A stretch of DNA of 64,000 bases from a virus (taxonomy: Duplodnaviria > Caudoviricetes): the IMG/VR virus record IMGVR_UViG_3300037461_000711, positions 1 through 64,000 of that record; one strand, given 5' to 3'. This document shows, piece by piece, positions 27,677 to 37,452 of this stretch. The translations under genes were made by a program, and so were the position numbers. The number at the start of each line of letters is the position of its first letter. The stretch's first letter is position 1. Below the pieces are notes generated by a model. The model saw nothing but the letters and a program-made list of their open reading frames with translations, was not told the DNA's origin and ran no database searches.

Positions 27677-28564
27677 TTAATGACTGAAAATTTCTCGCCT
27701 GAGATGTCGCACGTCATCCAGTTTCATTTCGCCGGGGTCGCCCGATTCAAGCCGTATGACATGCGCTTCGAGATTATAGCCAGACAGTTCATAGGCCAGT
27801 TTGTCGGCTTGTTCCTGTGCTTGGGGTTCAGCGTCGAACATGACAAACACCCGCTTGTACCGTCTGAGCAACGAAAGTTGTTTGGCTGTGTAAATGACTC
27901 CATAAAGTGCCACGGCCCCAGAACCAATGCGCCATGCGTCTAACGGCCCTTCCACCACCACCACCGTATCGCTTGCCTGATCGCTGTTGTATAAAGTTTC
28001 TTTAGCAAATAGCACACTTGATTCTTTTGGCAAGTGCAAATATTTGGGAGACTTCGACACACTCACGTAGCTTCGGGTCGTAAAACTGACCACCCTGTTT
28101 TGAACCGTAATTGGAATATACAATCTGAATTTGTATTTCGCCGTGGGGTGGAACGTCTTAACCCCATATAATTTTTCGATATACTTGTAAGCGTAGCCTC
28201 TTTCTCTCAGATACCTTGCAGCTTTGGGATTGATGAAATCTTGGGTGTTGGGTGGGTGGAATGCTGTGGTTCTCTCAGCCCCAGACCGAATGATTTTGCC
28301 GAACTCAACGGTTGAAAACTCTGACAAAATCTGGTTTACCCGGCTCCAAGAACCCTCTACGGCAAACAGGTAATCTTTGACGCTACCTGTGGTGCCGCAG
28401 CGCCAGCAGTTGATGCCGCCGCCATCCTTAATGCCGAGGTGGTTTGAGGTGTCGTTGCAAAAGGGGCAAGCGGTTCCCACCCACCCCTGTTGCACATTCT
28501 TGCCCTCAGTCGAATATGGAATACCCCTGCTTGAGAGGTAGCCTACGATGTCAATGTTATTCAT
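27677..28564 (-). CDS. DNA primase-like protein (Zn finger + TOPRIM)
   Basis: CPFC..NHLG...CWRCG, VVVEGPLD, VMFDAE. Confidence 0.88.
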   Translation of the reverse strand: MNNIDIVGYLSSRGIPYSTEGKNVQQGWVGTACPFCNDTSNHLGIKDGGGINCWRCGTTGSVKDYLFAVEGSWSRVNQILSEFSTVEFGKIIRSGAERTTAFHPPNTQDFINPKAARYLRERGYAYKYIEKLYGVKTFHPTAKYKFRLYIPITVQNRVVSFTTRSYVSVSKSPKYLHLPKESSVLFAKETLYNSDQASDTVVVVEGPLDAWRIGSGAVALYGVIYTAKQLSLLRRYKRVFVMFDAEPQAQEQADKLAYELSGYNLEAHVIRLESGDPGEMKLDDVRHLRREIFSH

Positions 28565-28901
28565 GTTCAGGCATTCTATACACGAATCGAATATCGTTTG
28601 GACCCAACTTGTATAGCAGATCAAGCAGTGACCACGTTTTTAATTCGTCCCATGAAACTCCCCCACCGGCAGCATGAATCGCTTCGAGTAAAGAGTTCTG
28701 CATTTCAAGAATTGAGGCGATGTTTTTCTGGGTGAATTTGCCTTTGTGCTCTTCGGGGTCATATTTTGGAGTTGGCTTTTCGGCTGAGTACTTCAGTTCT
28801 TGCATTCTTTTGTAGATGGAGTCATAGCATTTCGAGCACAGGGTTATAACCGAATCGAATGACCTTTCACATTCTCGGCACATAAATTTTTTCTCTTTCA
28901 T
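28557..28901 (-). CDS. hypothetical protein with Cys motif
   Basis: CREC...CSKC; coupled. Confidence 0.55.
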   Translation of the reverse strand: MKEKKFMCRECERSFDSVITLCSKCYDSIYKRMQELKYSAEKPTPKYDPEEHKGKFTQKNIASILEMQNSLLEAIHAAGGGVSWDELKTWSLLDLLYKLGPNDIRFVYRMPEHE

Positions 28902-29116
28902 TTTGGTCTCCTAATTACCAATTGTTTTTTCGGTTTGCGAATGACTAAACCTCTGATCGCCAGTTTGGTGGAGTTTGCCAGTTCTTCTTTGAATAGATAG
29001 GTTTCTTGCCCCCTTTCATCGAGCACATGCCATCCACTCATGGCTGATTTAGACAGCGTGAATATCTGGTTTTTGTACGGGCCTGAATTGACTTTTACTT
29101 TATCGCCGGGTTTCAT
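28898..29116 (-). CDS. small KOW-like protein ending KKQLVIRRPK
   Basis: MKPGDKVKVNSGPYK start; coupled. Confidence 0.6.
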   Translation of the reverse strand: MKPGDKVKVNSGPYKNQIFTLSKSAMSGWHVLDERGQETYLFKEELANSTKLAIRGLVIRKPKKQLVIRRPK

Positions 29117-29215
29117 TACCCTCTCCCGATATGACTAATAAACCAAAATATAATAAGAGCGACTAAGCATGTTACTAAAGAATCAAGAGTGGTTGACATT
29201 AGATGATCCCTCCTA

Positions 29216-29494
29216 TTATTTCTCAAGTCTTTTCAGAAAAACGGTGAAGTGGGCTTTTGAAATTTCATCGGGTCTGTGGTCAAACTTTATATCACAAAGA
29301 TCGGGGTATTGAGCGGTTTCATAACTCCACCCCAGAATTCTCATCATGTCATACGAAACATACCCGTACCTACAGATTATTGTTGCGGGTTTCATGGTGA
29401 CTGACAGAGGGGTAACTCTATCGTTCACATAAAGTCTGTTGTCAAAGCCAAGCACCCGATCACCGGGCATAAAGGTTTCGTCTGAATTAATCAT
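29216..29494 (-). CDS. hypothetical protein
   Basis: Coupled ORF. Confidence 0.55.
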   Translation of the reverse strand: MINSDETFMPGDRVLGFDNRLYVNDRVTPLSVTMKPATIICRYGYVSYDMMRILGWSYETAQYPDLCDIKFDHRPDEISKAHFTVFLKRLEK

Positions 29495-29781
29495 GTCTTT
29501 CTCCTAATCACCAGTTGTTTTCTTTCAGGTTGGTTGACAAGTGTGAGTTCCCCACCTTGTTTCATCATGACATAGCGATAGCCGCATTTATTGCACATAA
29601 ACATTTCAATGCCGTGGAACTGTGCGTACCGAAACAGGGTGAAATGGGTGGGGTCGTTCGGGCAGGGCACGATGCAGCTTTCGGTCATCTGAACTCCTTC
29701 GCTAATGCACTGCCTGACCTTTCGAATTAATGCTTTTCGAATTTCAACTGGCACGTTTTCGAGAGAGGTTTTCATAACCAC
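29491..29781 (-). CDS. hypothetical protein ending RKQLVIRRKT
   Basis: CP..., CNKC; coupled. Confidence 0.6.
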   Translation of the reverse strand: MVMKTSLENVPVEIRKALIRKVRQCISEGVQMTESCIVPCPNDPTHFTLFRYAQFHGIEMFMCNKCGYRYVMMKQGGELTLVNQPERKQLVIRRKT

Positions 29782-31130
29782 CCTTCGTCTAAGTACAGAC
29801 AGATTCGTTCCCCAAAGTGTTTAATGAGGTAGTTGTGGGAACTGTCGAAAAAGTCAACTATCGAAACCCGGTCTTTATCGTCGGTTCTTCGCAGTCCCCG
29901 GCCAATGTTCTGCAAGGTTACGATTTCTGATTTACCCAAGTGGGCCAGCACGATCATGTTCAGGCTCGGTATGTTGACCCCTTCTTTCCAGACCGTGGTG
30001 CAGATAGCCCCGAATAATTTCTTTTCAATCAGCTTGGTTTTGATTTTAACCCGTTCGAGACTTGGGGTAGCACCATTGACAAAGGGTATATCCACCCCTT
30101 TCTTCATGAGTGCCGATTTAATCAGGTTGCCGTGGTCGATGCGGTTTACCATGATGAGCACGACCCGCTTGTGATGGATGTTGCTCTTAACGATAGTTGC
30201 GATTTTATCGGTTCTTTCATCATTCTTGACGATGCCGTGTTCCACCACTTCTTCATAGCTGCGGTAGAGTTGGCGAATTCTGAAGTCCTCACTCAGCTTG
30301 ATAATCTTGATCTTGGGCTTTGCAATAATGTTCAACTTGGCGGCTTCGTTGATGGTCAGTCGCGCTACGGTCGGCCCGATAAGCCCCTCTAATGCCATTT
30401 CAGCTTCTTTATTTACGGGCTTTGTGGCTGTAAAGGCCCAACGGTACGGGGCCAATAGAGTGCCCAACGCTCTGCCATAGTTGCCGTCGATGGAAGACAC
30501 ATGATGCCCTTCATCGACAATGACACAATCGAAGTAGGTCATGTAGTCATCCGGGTTGTATTTGATGAAACTCTGAACGGTGGCAACCACGATGGTTTTC
30601 TTTAACGGTTGAAGGTGCCCCTCAATTATCATCTGGTGGTTCAGGTTGAATTTGTGAAGCTCCTGAGAAGTCTGCATTACAATGTCTTTGGTATGGGCAA
30701 GAATGAGGGTGCAGAAGTCTTTTGGTAGGGTGGTAATCAGGCCCATTTGCAGAATCGTTTTGCCCGACCCGGTGGGGGAAACCACCACCCCCCGCTCTGC
30801 TTTCAATGCTTGGTCGATTAGCTTTAGTTGGTCTGGTCGAAATTCGATACCTTTCAAATCTGGGATTTTGAACTCGAACTTGGCTTTGTCAAACATGGTT
30901 GTGATCTTGGTGTTGGAGTTGGCTTTTCTCACTCGTGGAATGAACCCCGCCAAGAAATAATGATAGCCGTCTTTCTGCTTTTTGATTAGGGACTTCGAAT
31001 ACTCGTACCTACGCATGGCCCATTGGCCTTTGCGCCAGTACGATGCGGTGTAGCAGAGGGTGGAGGCCAGCTTCTTTGACCCCTCTTCATTCGTTCGGGC
31101 TTCGATTGGGTTTACGATTTCTATTTTCAT
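29772..31130 (-). CDS. SF2 (UvsW-like) helicase
   Basis: SPTGSGKT, IVDEGHH, FTAT, EGVNIPSL, QNIGRGLR. Confidence 0.92.
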   Translation of the reverse strand: MKIEIVNPIEARTNEEGSKKLASTLCYTASYWRKGQWAMRRYEYSKSLIKKQKDGYHYFLAGFIPRVRKANSNTKITTMFDKAKFEFKIPDLKGIEFRPDQLKLIDQALKAERGVVVSPTGSGKTILQMGLITTLPKDFCTLILAHTKDIVMQTSQELHKFNLNHQMIIEGHLQPLKKTIVVATVQSFIKYNPDDYMTYFDCVIVDEGHHVSSIDGNYGRALGTLLAPYRWAFTATKPVNKEAEMALEGLIGPTVARLTINEAAKLNIIAKPKIKIIKLSEDFRIRQLYRSYEEVVEHGIVKNDERTDKIATIVKSNIHHKRVVLIMVNRIDHGNLIKSALMKKGVDIPFVNGATPSLERVKIKTKLIEKKLFGAICTTVWKEGVNIPSLNMIVLAHLGKSEIVTLQNIGRGLRRTDDKDRVSIVDFFDSSHNYLIKHFGERICLYLDEGWL

Positions 31131-31474
31131 AGTAGCTTCTTCCGAATTACGAGTTGTTTCTTCTTTTTGCGAATCACCAATTGTTTCTTTGTCTTGATCT
31201 GAATGGAGGCTGCTTGGCCCCCTACGGTGCAGTAGCAAATCTCCTTTCTCTGCCGTGCTTGGCAGACCTTGAGGTAGACCCATTGGTCCCTATCGCCACA
31301 CCAGAAGATGTTAGTGGGTTCAAAGGCTTCGCAGCTTTCGTCTCCCTCATTGACGATGCTTTCTTTTACCGGGCAAACTCGGTTGATGATGATGGTCTGT
31401 TTGCCCCCGCCGATATTGACTTTCTCTTCGACACGTTCCGCACCGTGGTACTTCAGGCACAGTTGGCAAAACAT
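31127..31474 (-). CDS. Cys-rich hypothetical protein ending in a doubled KQLVIRK motif
   Basis: Multiple Cys; ATGA overlap with helicase start. Confidence 0.65.
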   Translation of the reverse strand: MFCQLCLKYHGAERVEEKVNIGGGKQTIIINRVCPVKESIVNEGDESCEAFEPTNIFWCGDRDQWVYLKVCQARQRKEICYCTVGGQAASIQIKTKKQLVIRKKKKQLVIRKKLL

Positions 31475-31478
31475 GGCT

Positions 31479-31730
31479 TCACCTTATGGTTTTGTGTGCG
31501 ATGTTTTTCTCAAGCCACTCTTTGTTTCTGCGTTCCTTCAAGAGGTGAGTAACCAACCACGAGAAAGAACGCTCCCTTCGAGCGGCATACTCTTTTGCCC
31601 ATTCGATTAATTTAGCGTCGGATGAAAAGCTGGCTATCACCTTGCTCGATTTTGCCGATATGGTCTGGTAAATGTTCGCGTTCTTTTCTTTCTGAATGCC
31701 TTTTTTTCTCACAGATAGCTCCCCCTTCAA
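31479..31730 (-). CDS. putative ribbon-helix-helix transcription regulator
   Basis: VIASFSS-AKLIEWAKEYAARRERSFSWLVTHLL strand-helix-helix pattern. Confidence 0.6.
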   Translation of the reverse strand: MKGELSVRKKGIQKEKNANIYQTISAKSSKVIASFSSDAKLIEWAKEYAARRERSFSWLVTHLLKERRNKEWLEKNIAHKTIR

Positions 31731-31737
31731 ATAAATA

Positions 31738-31792
31738 TTTTCTCGTGAAACAAATATTTTCTCGTTAAAATTTTCTCGTAAAATTTTCTCGT
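31738..31792. repeat. four tandem TTTTCTCGT boxes (putative operator array)
   Basis: Copies at 31738, 31757, 31771, 31784. Confidence 0.75.
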
Positions 31793-31830
31793 TGAAAATC
31801 TGAAGACCCTTATGTTTCGGGTTTTACGCA

Positions 31831-31859
31831 ATCTTAATAATGATTAATAGAAATGTCAA
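31831..31859 (-). promoter_or_regulatory. sigma70-type promoter of the replication operon
   Basis: TTGACA-17-TAAGAT; shares CCCCTTGACATTT with the 27641..27669 promoter. Confidence 0.7.
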
Positions 31860-32215
31860 GGGGCTAATTTTTGCAGGGTGGTGAGGGTTTTTCTGAGGGC
31901 TTCGAGAAACCTGATTTCTTCTTCTATCCATTCAACGGTTTTGGGCTGGTCAGAAAATATTTCTATCGTGTCGTTCTCAAGGTGGATTTTTCTGAGGTTG
32001 ATATCCGATACGGCATCGGCAATTCTGCGGTTTTCAGAAACCATTTTCTGAAAGCGGGTGGTGGGTTCTTTCGTTTCGGGTTCCAGGTTGATGGGGGCAA
32101 TGCTGTTTTGAATTCTGTCGATGTTGCTTGAGATGATTCGAACTTCGTGATCCTGTAATGGTCTGTCAATCGGTACTACCATGTTCAGGTTGATCTTGAT
32201 TTCGGGGTTCGTCAT
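31856..32215 (-). CDS. hypothetical protein
   Basis: GGAGG RBS, MTNPEIKIN. Confidence 0.6.
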   Translation of the reverse strand: MTNPEIKINLNMVVPIDRPLQDHEVRIISSNIDRIQNSIAPINLEPETKEPTTRFQKMVSENRRIADAVSDINLRKIHLENDTIEIFSDQPKTVEWIEEEIRFLEALRKTLTTLQKLAP

Positions 32216-32567
32216 TTTCAGCCTCCTTCAATAGGTTGATTGTGCTGGTTCTGATCTGCCAGACTTCGGCCCAACGATTATCACAAAAGCAGAAGCGTAT
32301 GCCGGTATCCACAAACAGTTCGGTCTTTCTCAGGTCTTCAATCGTGCTTCTCATTCTGCCGCATGAGCATACGACAAACTGGTTCTTTTGAAGACAAATT
32401 CTGTCATAGCCTGAAATCTCATAGTTGCTGTCGATTCTGGTATAGGGATGACCCTTACCCTGGATGCCGACCCCTACTATGGATGACGTGTCGCCTGTAT
32501 ATAGTACGTGAAGCTCTACGGGCTGCTGCTGGAGAACGATTTGGCCGATGGCTCTTTTTATGGACAT
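32166..32567 (-). CDS. hypothetical protein
   Basis: AGGGGG RBS before MSIKRAIG. Confidence 0.55.
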   Translation of the reverse strand: MSIKRAIGQIVLQQQPVELHVLYTGDTSSIVGVGIQGKGHPYTRIDSNYEISGYDRICLQKNQFVVCSCGRMRSTIEDLRKTELFVDTGIRFCFCDNRWAEVWQIRTSTINLLKEAENDEPRNQDQPEHGSTD

Positions 32568-32580
32568 GGATTTGCCCCCT

Positions 32581-32688
32581 AAAAAGTGAATTGTCGCGGG
32601 GCTTCGAAACCGGGGACCACCCCCGGTAAGGGAGGTACATCGTGGGCTAACGCACGATGGAAGCCCCGCGACAAACCTTGGATTTGTA
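32581..32688 (-). ncRNA. putative structured small RNA (three-way junction) with exposed anti-SD
   Basis: 15-bp closing stem, two 7-bp inner hairpins, junction UACCUCCCUU, 3' UUCACUUUUU, own promoter; 5' end estimated. Confidence 0.55.
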
Positions 32689-32694
32689 ATGGCA

Positions 32695-32724
32695 ATTATA
32701 CGGCACCAGAGCATCCAAAGTCAA
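32695..32724 (-). promoter_or_regulatory. sigma70-type promoter
   Basis: TTGACT-18-TATAAT. Confidence 0.65.
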
Positions 32725-32805
32725 CGATTCATAGCTACCACCAAATTGAGTAACCCATTAATCCCGACCACGAACTCCTTCTTATTCGTGATCGGTGTTG
32801 ATGGG

Positions 32806-32973
32806 TTAATCCGTTGCTTCGACGAAAAACTCGCATAGGTGCTCCTCAAACATATTGCATTCGAGCGAGCATTCAATGCAAGCTTCGTCCATGAGGGTTT
32901 TGGCTTCTGGGTCCGCATTGTCGATGTAGTTTGCACAGTTGATGCATTGTTCCGAGTAGCGGCTGAATGTCAT
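32806..32973 (-). CDS. small Cys-rich hypothetical protein
   Basis: ATGA overlap with upstream stop; CINC, CIEC. Confidence 0.4.
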   Translation of the reverse strand: MTFSRYSEQCINCANYIDNADPEAKTLMDEACIECSLECNMFEEHLCEFFVEATD

Positions 32974-33248
32974 GAGCATCTCCATTTCTTGACGGTGCCG
33001 ATGATTTGGTCTCCATCCATTAGAAGGGTGCTGCTGCCGATTGCCCTGGTATTGTGCATGAGAAGAAAGCAGGGCTTCCAACCCGTTGTTACCCCCACGT
33101 ATCCACGCTTTGTTTCACCGTATCTTGTTTTGACGATAATGCGCTGTCCACTACAGAAGTAGGGTATGAATTGCTTTGACAGGTCTGAATCGTCAAAATT
33201 GGGGATACGGCTTTTTTTCTCCCTCAACCAATCTTCAAAATTTCTCAT
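32970..33248 (-). CDS. phage hypothetical protein
   Basis: GGAGGTG RBS; RGYVGVTTGWKPCFLL. Confidence 0.65.
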   Translation of the reverse strand: MRNFEDWLREKKSRIPNFDDSDLSKQFIPYFCSGQRIIVKTRYGETKRGYVGVTTGWKPCFLLMHNTRAIGSSTLLMDGDQIIGTVKKWRCS

Positions 33249-33526
33249 GAGTCACCTCCAACGGCTTCTCTTACTGCAATTTCGCAGTATTCAGCGATGC
33301 CGTCTTCCCCTTTCGCTCGCAGGGCTTCACATGCGAGCATGAGGCGCTCCAGAAGTTTGGGGCTTGCGGCGATCAGTTGAGCGTTTCTGTCCAACTCACA
33401 GAAATCTTTGAAGTTGGGGTTTCCATACTTGTCTTGCCCGTAAGTGAGATAGAACGCCCCACTTGGAGTGACAATGCTTCTGCCAGCTTGCAACTTCCAT
33501 GGCCCAGGCGTGTGTTTGGTTCTCAT
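33245..33526 (-). CDS. phage HTPGPW-type hypothetical protein
   Basis: MRTKHTPGPW...NAQLIAASPKLL; conserved leader. Confidence 0.7.
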   Translation of the reverse strand: MRTKHTPGPWKLQAGRSIVTPSGAFYLTYGQDKYGNPNFKDFCELDRNAQLIAASPKLLERLMLACEALRAKGEDGIAEYCEIAVREAVGGDS

Positions 33527-33609
33527 AGCTACCTCCCTTGGTTAGTGGTTATCCAAGGCTAATGCCTTGTGTCTATGCTCAAAGTTTCCCTTGAGCATAG
33601 GGCAAAACA

Positions 33610-34023
33610 TTACCAATTGGTTATGCGTTTTCCGGTTGCCGTACAACGCATGGGGGATGCACAAACCTTACATATTTCATTTAATCTGCAAACTAATTCG
33701 TCAAATGGTTTAAGATAGGTTTTATCGGAAAGCTGCACAACACGATTTTGTTTGTCAAGAAAAAAAGCGGAACCCATTGCCATAACAAATTCATTCAGGT
33801 TTGGATGTTTCGATAAAATTTTTCTAGCTTCTGATTCGATCAATTTGTAGGAAATAATGTCGATCTGTTGACAATGAAAGTCGATAGTTTCCAGGGCTTT
33901 TATTTTGTTTTCTACATTGGGTTCTAAAATTGAGAGAATAAGCTCCCTATTGTCTTCAAAAAAATCTCTGTCGCTATCATAATATCCAGAAAAATCTGAG
34001 TCTTTTCTCTTTTTAATTTTCAT
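33610..34023 (-). CDS. hypothetical protein
   Basis: Conserved leader; AT-rich. Confidence 0.7.
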   Translation of the reverse strand: MKIKKRKDSDFSGYYDSDRDFFEDNRELILSILEPNVENKIKALETIDFHCQQIDIISYKLIESEARKILSKHPNLNEFVMAMGSAFFLDKQNRVVQLSDKTYLKPFDELVCRLNEICKVCASPMRCTATGKRITNW

Positions 34024-34133
34024 AGCTACCTCCCTTGTTTGTTGTTAGCTGCATTAGGGGCGTTTTATCGTGCCCTTTATCGTAAGGCATGATTACCCAT
34101 GCCTTACTGTAAAAAACACGCATACAAGCCCTC

Positions 34134-34844
34134 TCAGTCGTCCTTTTTGCCTAATTTAATCAACATTTCGGGTTCAAATTTTGAAACATGGGCAATAATG
34201 TTTTCTGGTTTGTCTTGCGACTTGAACGACCAATCACATCCATGAATTACATTGCCTTTACAATTCAGATATAATTCTCCCTCGTTGAATGAAATCACGT
34301 CTTCTTCCCAAATATTATAAAGAAACGGTGTTTTTTCGACAACTTTTTTACCCCAATTTTCAGCCCGTCCTTCAGAGATACAATGCTCATAATCGGGTTT
34401 CCATTTATCGTATTTGTAGTGTACTGTCAGATTATTTTCTTCGGCAAAATCTAAAAGCTTATGGGCGTCCGGGTTGCCACAGTGAAATTGATCGTTCGAA
34501 ATATCCACGCTTGAAATTTCGTTATCATCACACCAAGCATGTAGACGTTCCCAAACATTTAAGAATTTTCTTGTGATCCGTTCAGCATTGGTTGCAATGT
34601 AATAATTGCCAACTCCTACGCTGTGATTTCTGCAAGCGCCAATGAACAGACCAATAATTTCCGGTGCAAGAGTGGGTTCCCCACCAGTGAATGTGACAGT
34701 ATCCACGTACTTGAAGTGCCCAAGAAGTGTAGATATATTCTCGTAGGTCTGTCTCATCCGTTGTCGTTGACCTCTAAGACAATGGTAGCACTCCAGGTTG
34801 CACCATCTTGTGACCTCAATGATTACGCTCCCTTGTAATTTCAT
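34134..34844 (-). CDS. radical SAM protein
   Basis: IEVTRWCNLECYHC, FTGGEP, IATN. Confidence 0.88.
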   Translation of the reverse strand: MKLQGSVIIEVTRWCNLECYHCLRGQRQRMRQTYENISTLLGHFKYVDTVTFTGGEPTLAPEIIGLFIGACRNHSVGVGNYYIATNAERITRKFLNVWERLHAWCDDNEISSVDISNDQFHCGNPDAHKLLDFAEENNLTVHYKYDKWKPDYEHCISEGRAENWGKKVVEKTPFLYNIWEEDVISFNEGELYLNCKGNVIHGCDWSFKSQDKPENIIAHVSKFEPEMLIKLGKKDD

Positions 34845-34956
34845 AGCTACCTCCCTTGTTTGATTGTGATTGTTAGCCCAGATTCAATTAGAATCCGTGA
34901 CCGGGCAAAAATATTTTCTCGTTGTTTTTGCCCGGTGGCTGATCCTAATTCTCGAC

Positions 34957-35892
34957 TTATTCTTCCACTTCAACTTTTCTCACAGACATGGCCCAATGGA
35001 TGTCGAACTGTCCAACATCAGTGAGCAAAAACAGGTGATCGAATTTGTACGGCAGAATTTCCTTTGCCAGTTTCAGGCATTTTTTGGGGGTATCATCCTG
35101 ACCCCGGTGAAATCCATTTTCGAACCGGGTGCAGTATGACTCTTCGCTTTCCAGACACTTGAACCCGGCAGCTTCGACGTGTTCTTGCATCCAGTATGGT
35201 AGTGCTTTGTTAAGCGAATTCAGGTAATGCTCGATCACGTCATCTGCTCCATCCTTTTTCACGCATTCGTGACAGAGTATTTCGCAGTCCGAAACCCATA
35301 CCCATGAAGTTTGCCAACCGTAGCTGTCGGCGGAAGTTCTGACGGCTTTGTAACAATTACAGCAACCAGTCCATTCGTCTGACCATTCAATCGAAATATT
35401 GCCTTGAAAGAATTTGTCGATCCAATCGCAAAGCTTCTTCATTTTGGGTGGGTTCCAGTTGGCGGCGATTGTGGGTATGTCGTCATAGCCCATTTCCGAA
35501 ACACCATTGTAGAAGTCTGCATATTCGCCAATCCGGTCGATGTATTCGAGAATGTCTGAAATCGAAACTTTCTCCCACCTGCGGCGTATTCTTTTCTCGT
35601 ACTCCATACGAGCAGTATTGGATGCCGCTTTCAAAAATTCTATCTGCATGGGGGTGAGATCCTCTACTGGCACGAACTCCCGAATGCCGGGCAATTCGAT
35701 TTGAACTTCTTTCCAGAGCAGTTCGGCGGTTGTTTTTTCGGCTTGAGCAAATCGGAAAAGCTCAAGAGGGTTGTTATGAACATAATATTGACGTCCATCT
35801 CTGCCGATAATAACCACCTTTCCCGGCAAATTTGCATACCGCAAAGCGATAGCAAACTCTCCATCGGTTTTCACCTTGAAGTCTTCGTACAT
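34957..35892 (-). CDS. hypothetical protein
   Basis: Conserved leader; CCNC and CHEC. Confidence 0.75.
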   Translation of the reverse strand: MYEDFKVKTDGEFAIALRYANLPGKVVIIGRDGRQYYVHNNPLELFRFAQAEKTTAELLWKEVQIELPGIREFVPVEDLTPMQIEFLKAASNTARMEYEKRIRRRWEKVSISDILEYIDRIGEYADFYNGVSEMGYDDIPTIAANWNPPKMKKLCDWIDKFFQGNISIEWSDEWTGCCNCYKAVRTSADSYGWQTSWVWVSDCEILCHECVKKDGADDVIEHYLNSLNKALPYWMQEHVEAAGFKCLESEESYCTRFENGFHRGQDDTPKKCLKLAKEILPYKFDHLFLLTDVGQFDIHWAMSVRKVEVEE

Positions 35893-35985
35893 AGCTACCT
35901 CCCTTAGTTAGATGGTTGAATGTTAGCCCAAGGGTTAATCCCTTGCGTTTGCCCATAGCTCCTTGTCTATGGGCAAGACAAAAGA

Positions 35986-36186
35986 TTAAAGACTTGTCAC
36001 GAATTCGTATCCTATGCCGTCGATTTCAACGACATACCCCGCGAAGTCTTCCCTCTGAACCCAGAGTTCTTTCTTCTCCGATTCGTCGATGAGAATGATT
36101 TCTCCATCTTCGTTCGGCCCTTGGTAGACTTCGTACTCGGTGTCTTCCAATGGTTCCCTGGCCTGACTGCCAATCTGCCGAATCAT
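35986..36186 (-). CDS. small acidic hypothetical protein
   Basis: GAGGAG RBS. Confidence 0.6.
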   Translation of the reverse strand: MIRQIGSQAREPLEDTEYEVYQGPNEDGEIILIDESEKKELWVQREDFAGYVVEIDGIGYEFVTSL

Positions 36187-36197
36187 TTTTGATCTCC

Positions 36198-36392
36198 TCA
36201 GTCGTTAAAGATTTGCATGAATGCTCCGCATGCCTTGCACTTGTAAGTCCATTTAATAATCTCGCCAGACTTGTCCCGAAGGGGCTGATCTAACGTGAAG
36301 AATGTCTGACATACGGCACACTTCATCCCGGTGTGTTCGAGTGTTGACATTTCGGTGACGTATCCGTTGTCGGTCTTTGTCCAGATGGTCAT
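36198..36392 (-). CDS. small zinc-ribbon protein
   Basis: Conserved leader; CAVC..CKAC. Confidence 0.65.
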   Translation of the reverse strand: MTIWTKTDNGYVTEMSTLEHTGMKCAVCQTFFTLDQPLRDKSGEIIKWTYKCKACGAFMQIFND

Positions 36393-36490
36393 AGCTACCT
36401 CCCTTGGTTGGTGTTATCCCCCTCTTGTTTTGGGGGTAAAGTCTCAAGTCTGTCCACGAGATAAAAATTTCTCGTGAACAGGTTCAGGCT

Positions 36491-37087
36491 TTACTCCTTT
36501 TCATCGGGCAGAACAAGTTCGCCGGTTTCCACAGAGAATACGGGGTACGGGGCTTTGCCATCCTCAAACCAATCGTGGCTGAAGCAATAGCCCTTGGCGT
36601 ATCCAGCGTTTTCGGCGTGTGATTTGTACGCTTCTCCATAAGCATTGGGTGCTATCTCAGAAACAGTTTTCAACTGCTCCTTGACTTCACCCACCGGCTT
36701 GAACGGATTCATGAGGTAAACAGCACCCGGCGCACACGGAGAGCAGAACTGTGCATAGGTGAAATATAGCGACTTTGTAATAAATATGTCGCCGTCATCC
36801 CCGCATTCTGCCGTGTACTCACCATCGTCCACGTACCACGAAACAGGTTCGAGCATGTCAAAGTCTCCATCGTCGAATTCGTGCCCACAATCGGGGCAAG
36901 TCTCCGGCACTTCTTGGCCGATTTCCCGCTCGCATTCGGGGCAGTAGTAGACGTAGTTGGGTTCCGAACTGTCGGCCCACGCTTGGAGAACCTCATTCTG
37001 GCTGATTACCCCATACCGAATGTTTTTCTCGTGGTCGATGTTGGAAATACCTCTGCCATAGTCGATACCAGCATACGGTTCCTTCAT
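36491..37087 (-). CDS. Cys-rich hypothetical protein
   Basis: Conserved leader; CPEC, CPDC, CSPC. Confidence 0.75.
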   Translation of the reverse strand: MKEPYAGIDYGRGISNIDHEKNIRYGVISQNEVLQAWADSSEPNYVYYCPECEREIGQEVPETCPDCGHEFDDGDFDMLEPVSWYVDDGEYTAECGDDGDIFITKSLYFTYAQFCSPCAPGAVYLMNPFKPVGEVKEQLKTVSEIAPNAYGEAYKSHAENAGYAKGYCFSHDWFEDGKAPYPVFSVETGELVLPDEKE

Positions 37088-37194
37088 AGCTACCTCCCTT
37101 GTTGGTTGTTGTTGTTAGCCTAAGAGCGTATCCTTAGCTCTTAATCCAAGGCTGTCATGCCTCTATATACGGGATGACAGCCTTGTGTTAAAAA

Positions 37195-37452
37195 CTAAGC
37201 GTGAGCGGCGCGGGCAACGATCCAGAGGTCGAGAACCTCTTCCAGAGATTTGCCGTGGCGCATGGTGCCGGGGTGATCCGTAGTGTAGCGGGTCAAGTGA
37301 CTGAGAATAGAAGTCCTCAGAAAACCTCCCGGCTCGACTTTCGACGTATCGAATCCACCAAAGTCGGTGATGAAATCCAGGTAATCGAAGATCGCATCGA
37401 GACTGTAGGGATTCGACGTGAAAAGCCTGGGCATTCCATACACGTTTAACAT
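37195..37452 (-). CDS. hypothetical protein
   Basis: Conserved leader. Confidence 0.65.
   Translation of the reverse strand: MLNVYGMPRLFTSNPYSLDAIFDYLDFITDFGGFDTSKVEPGGFLRTSILSHLTRYTTDHPGTMRHGKSLEEVLDLWIVARAAHA

Noticed and set aside
27205-27943. ORFs 27205..27558 (-) and 27413..27943 (+)
   Set aside because: No RBS or recognisable motif; they overlap hairpin, terminator and promoter elements or lie antisense to primase.
32591-32674. tRNA gene (GGTTTCGAAGCCCC resembles a T-arm)
   Set aside because: No cloverleaf, anticodon arm or CCA end; those bases belong to the 15-bp closing stem.
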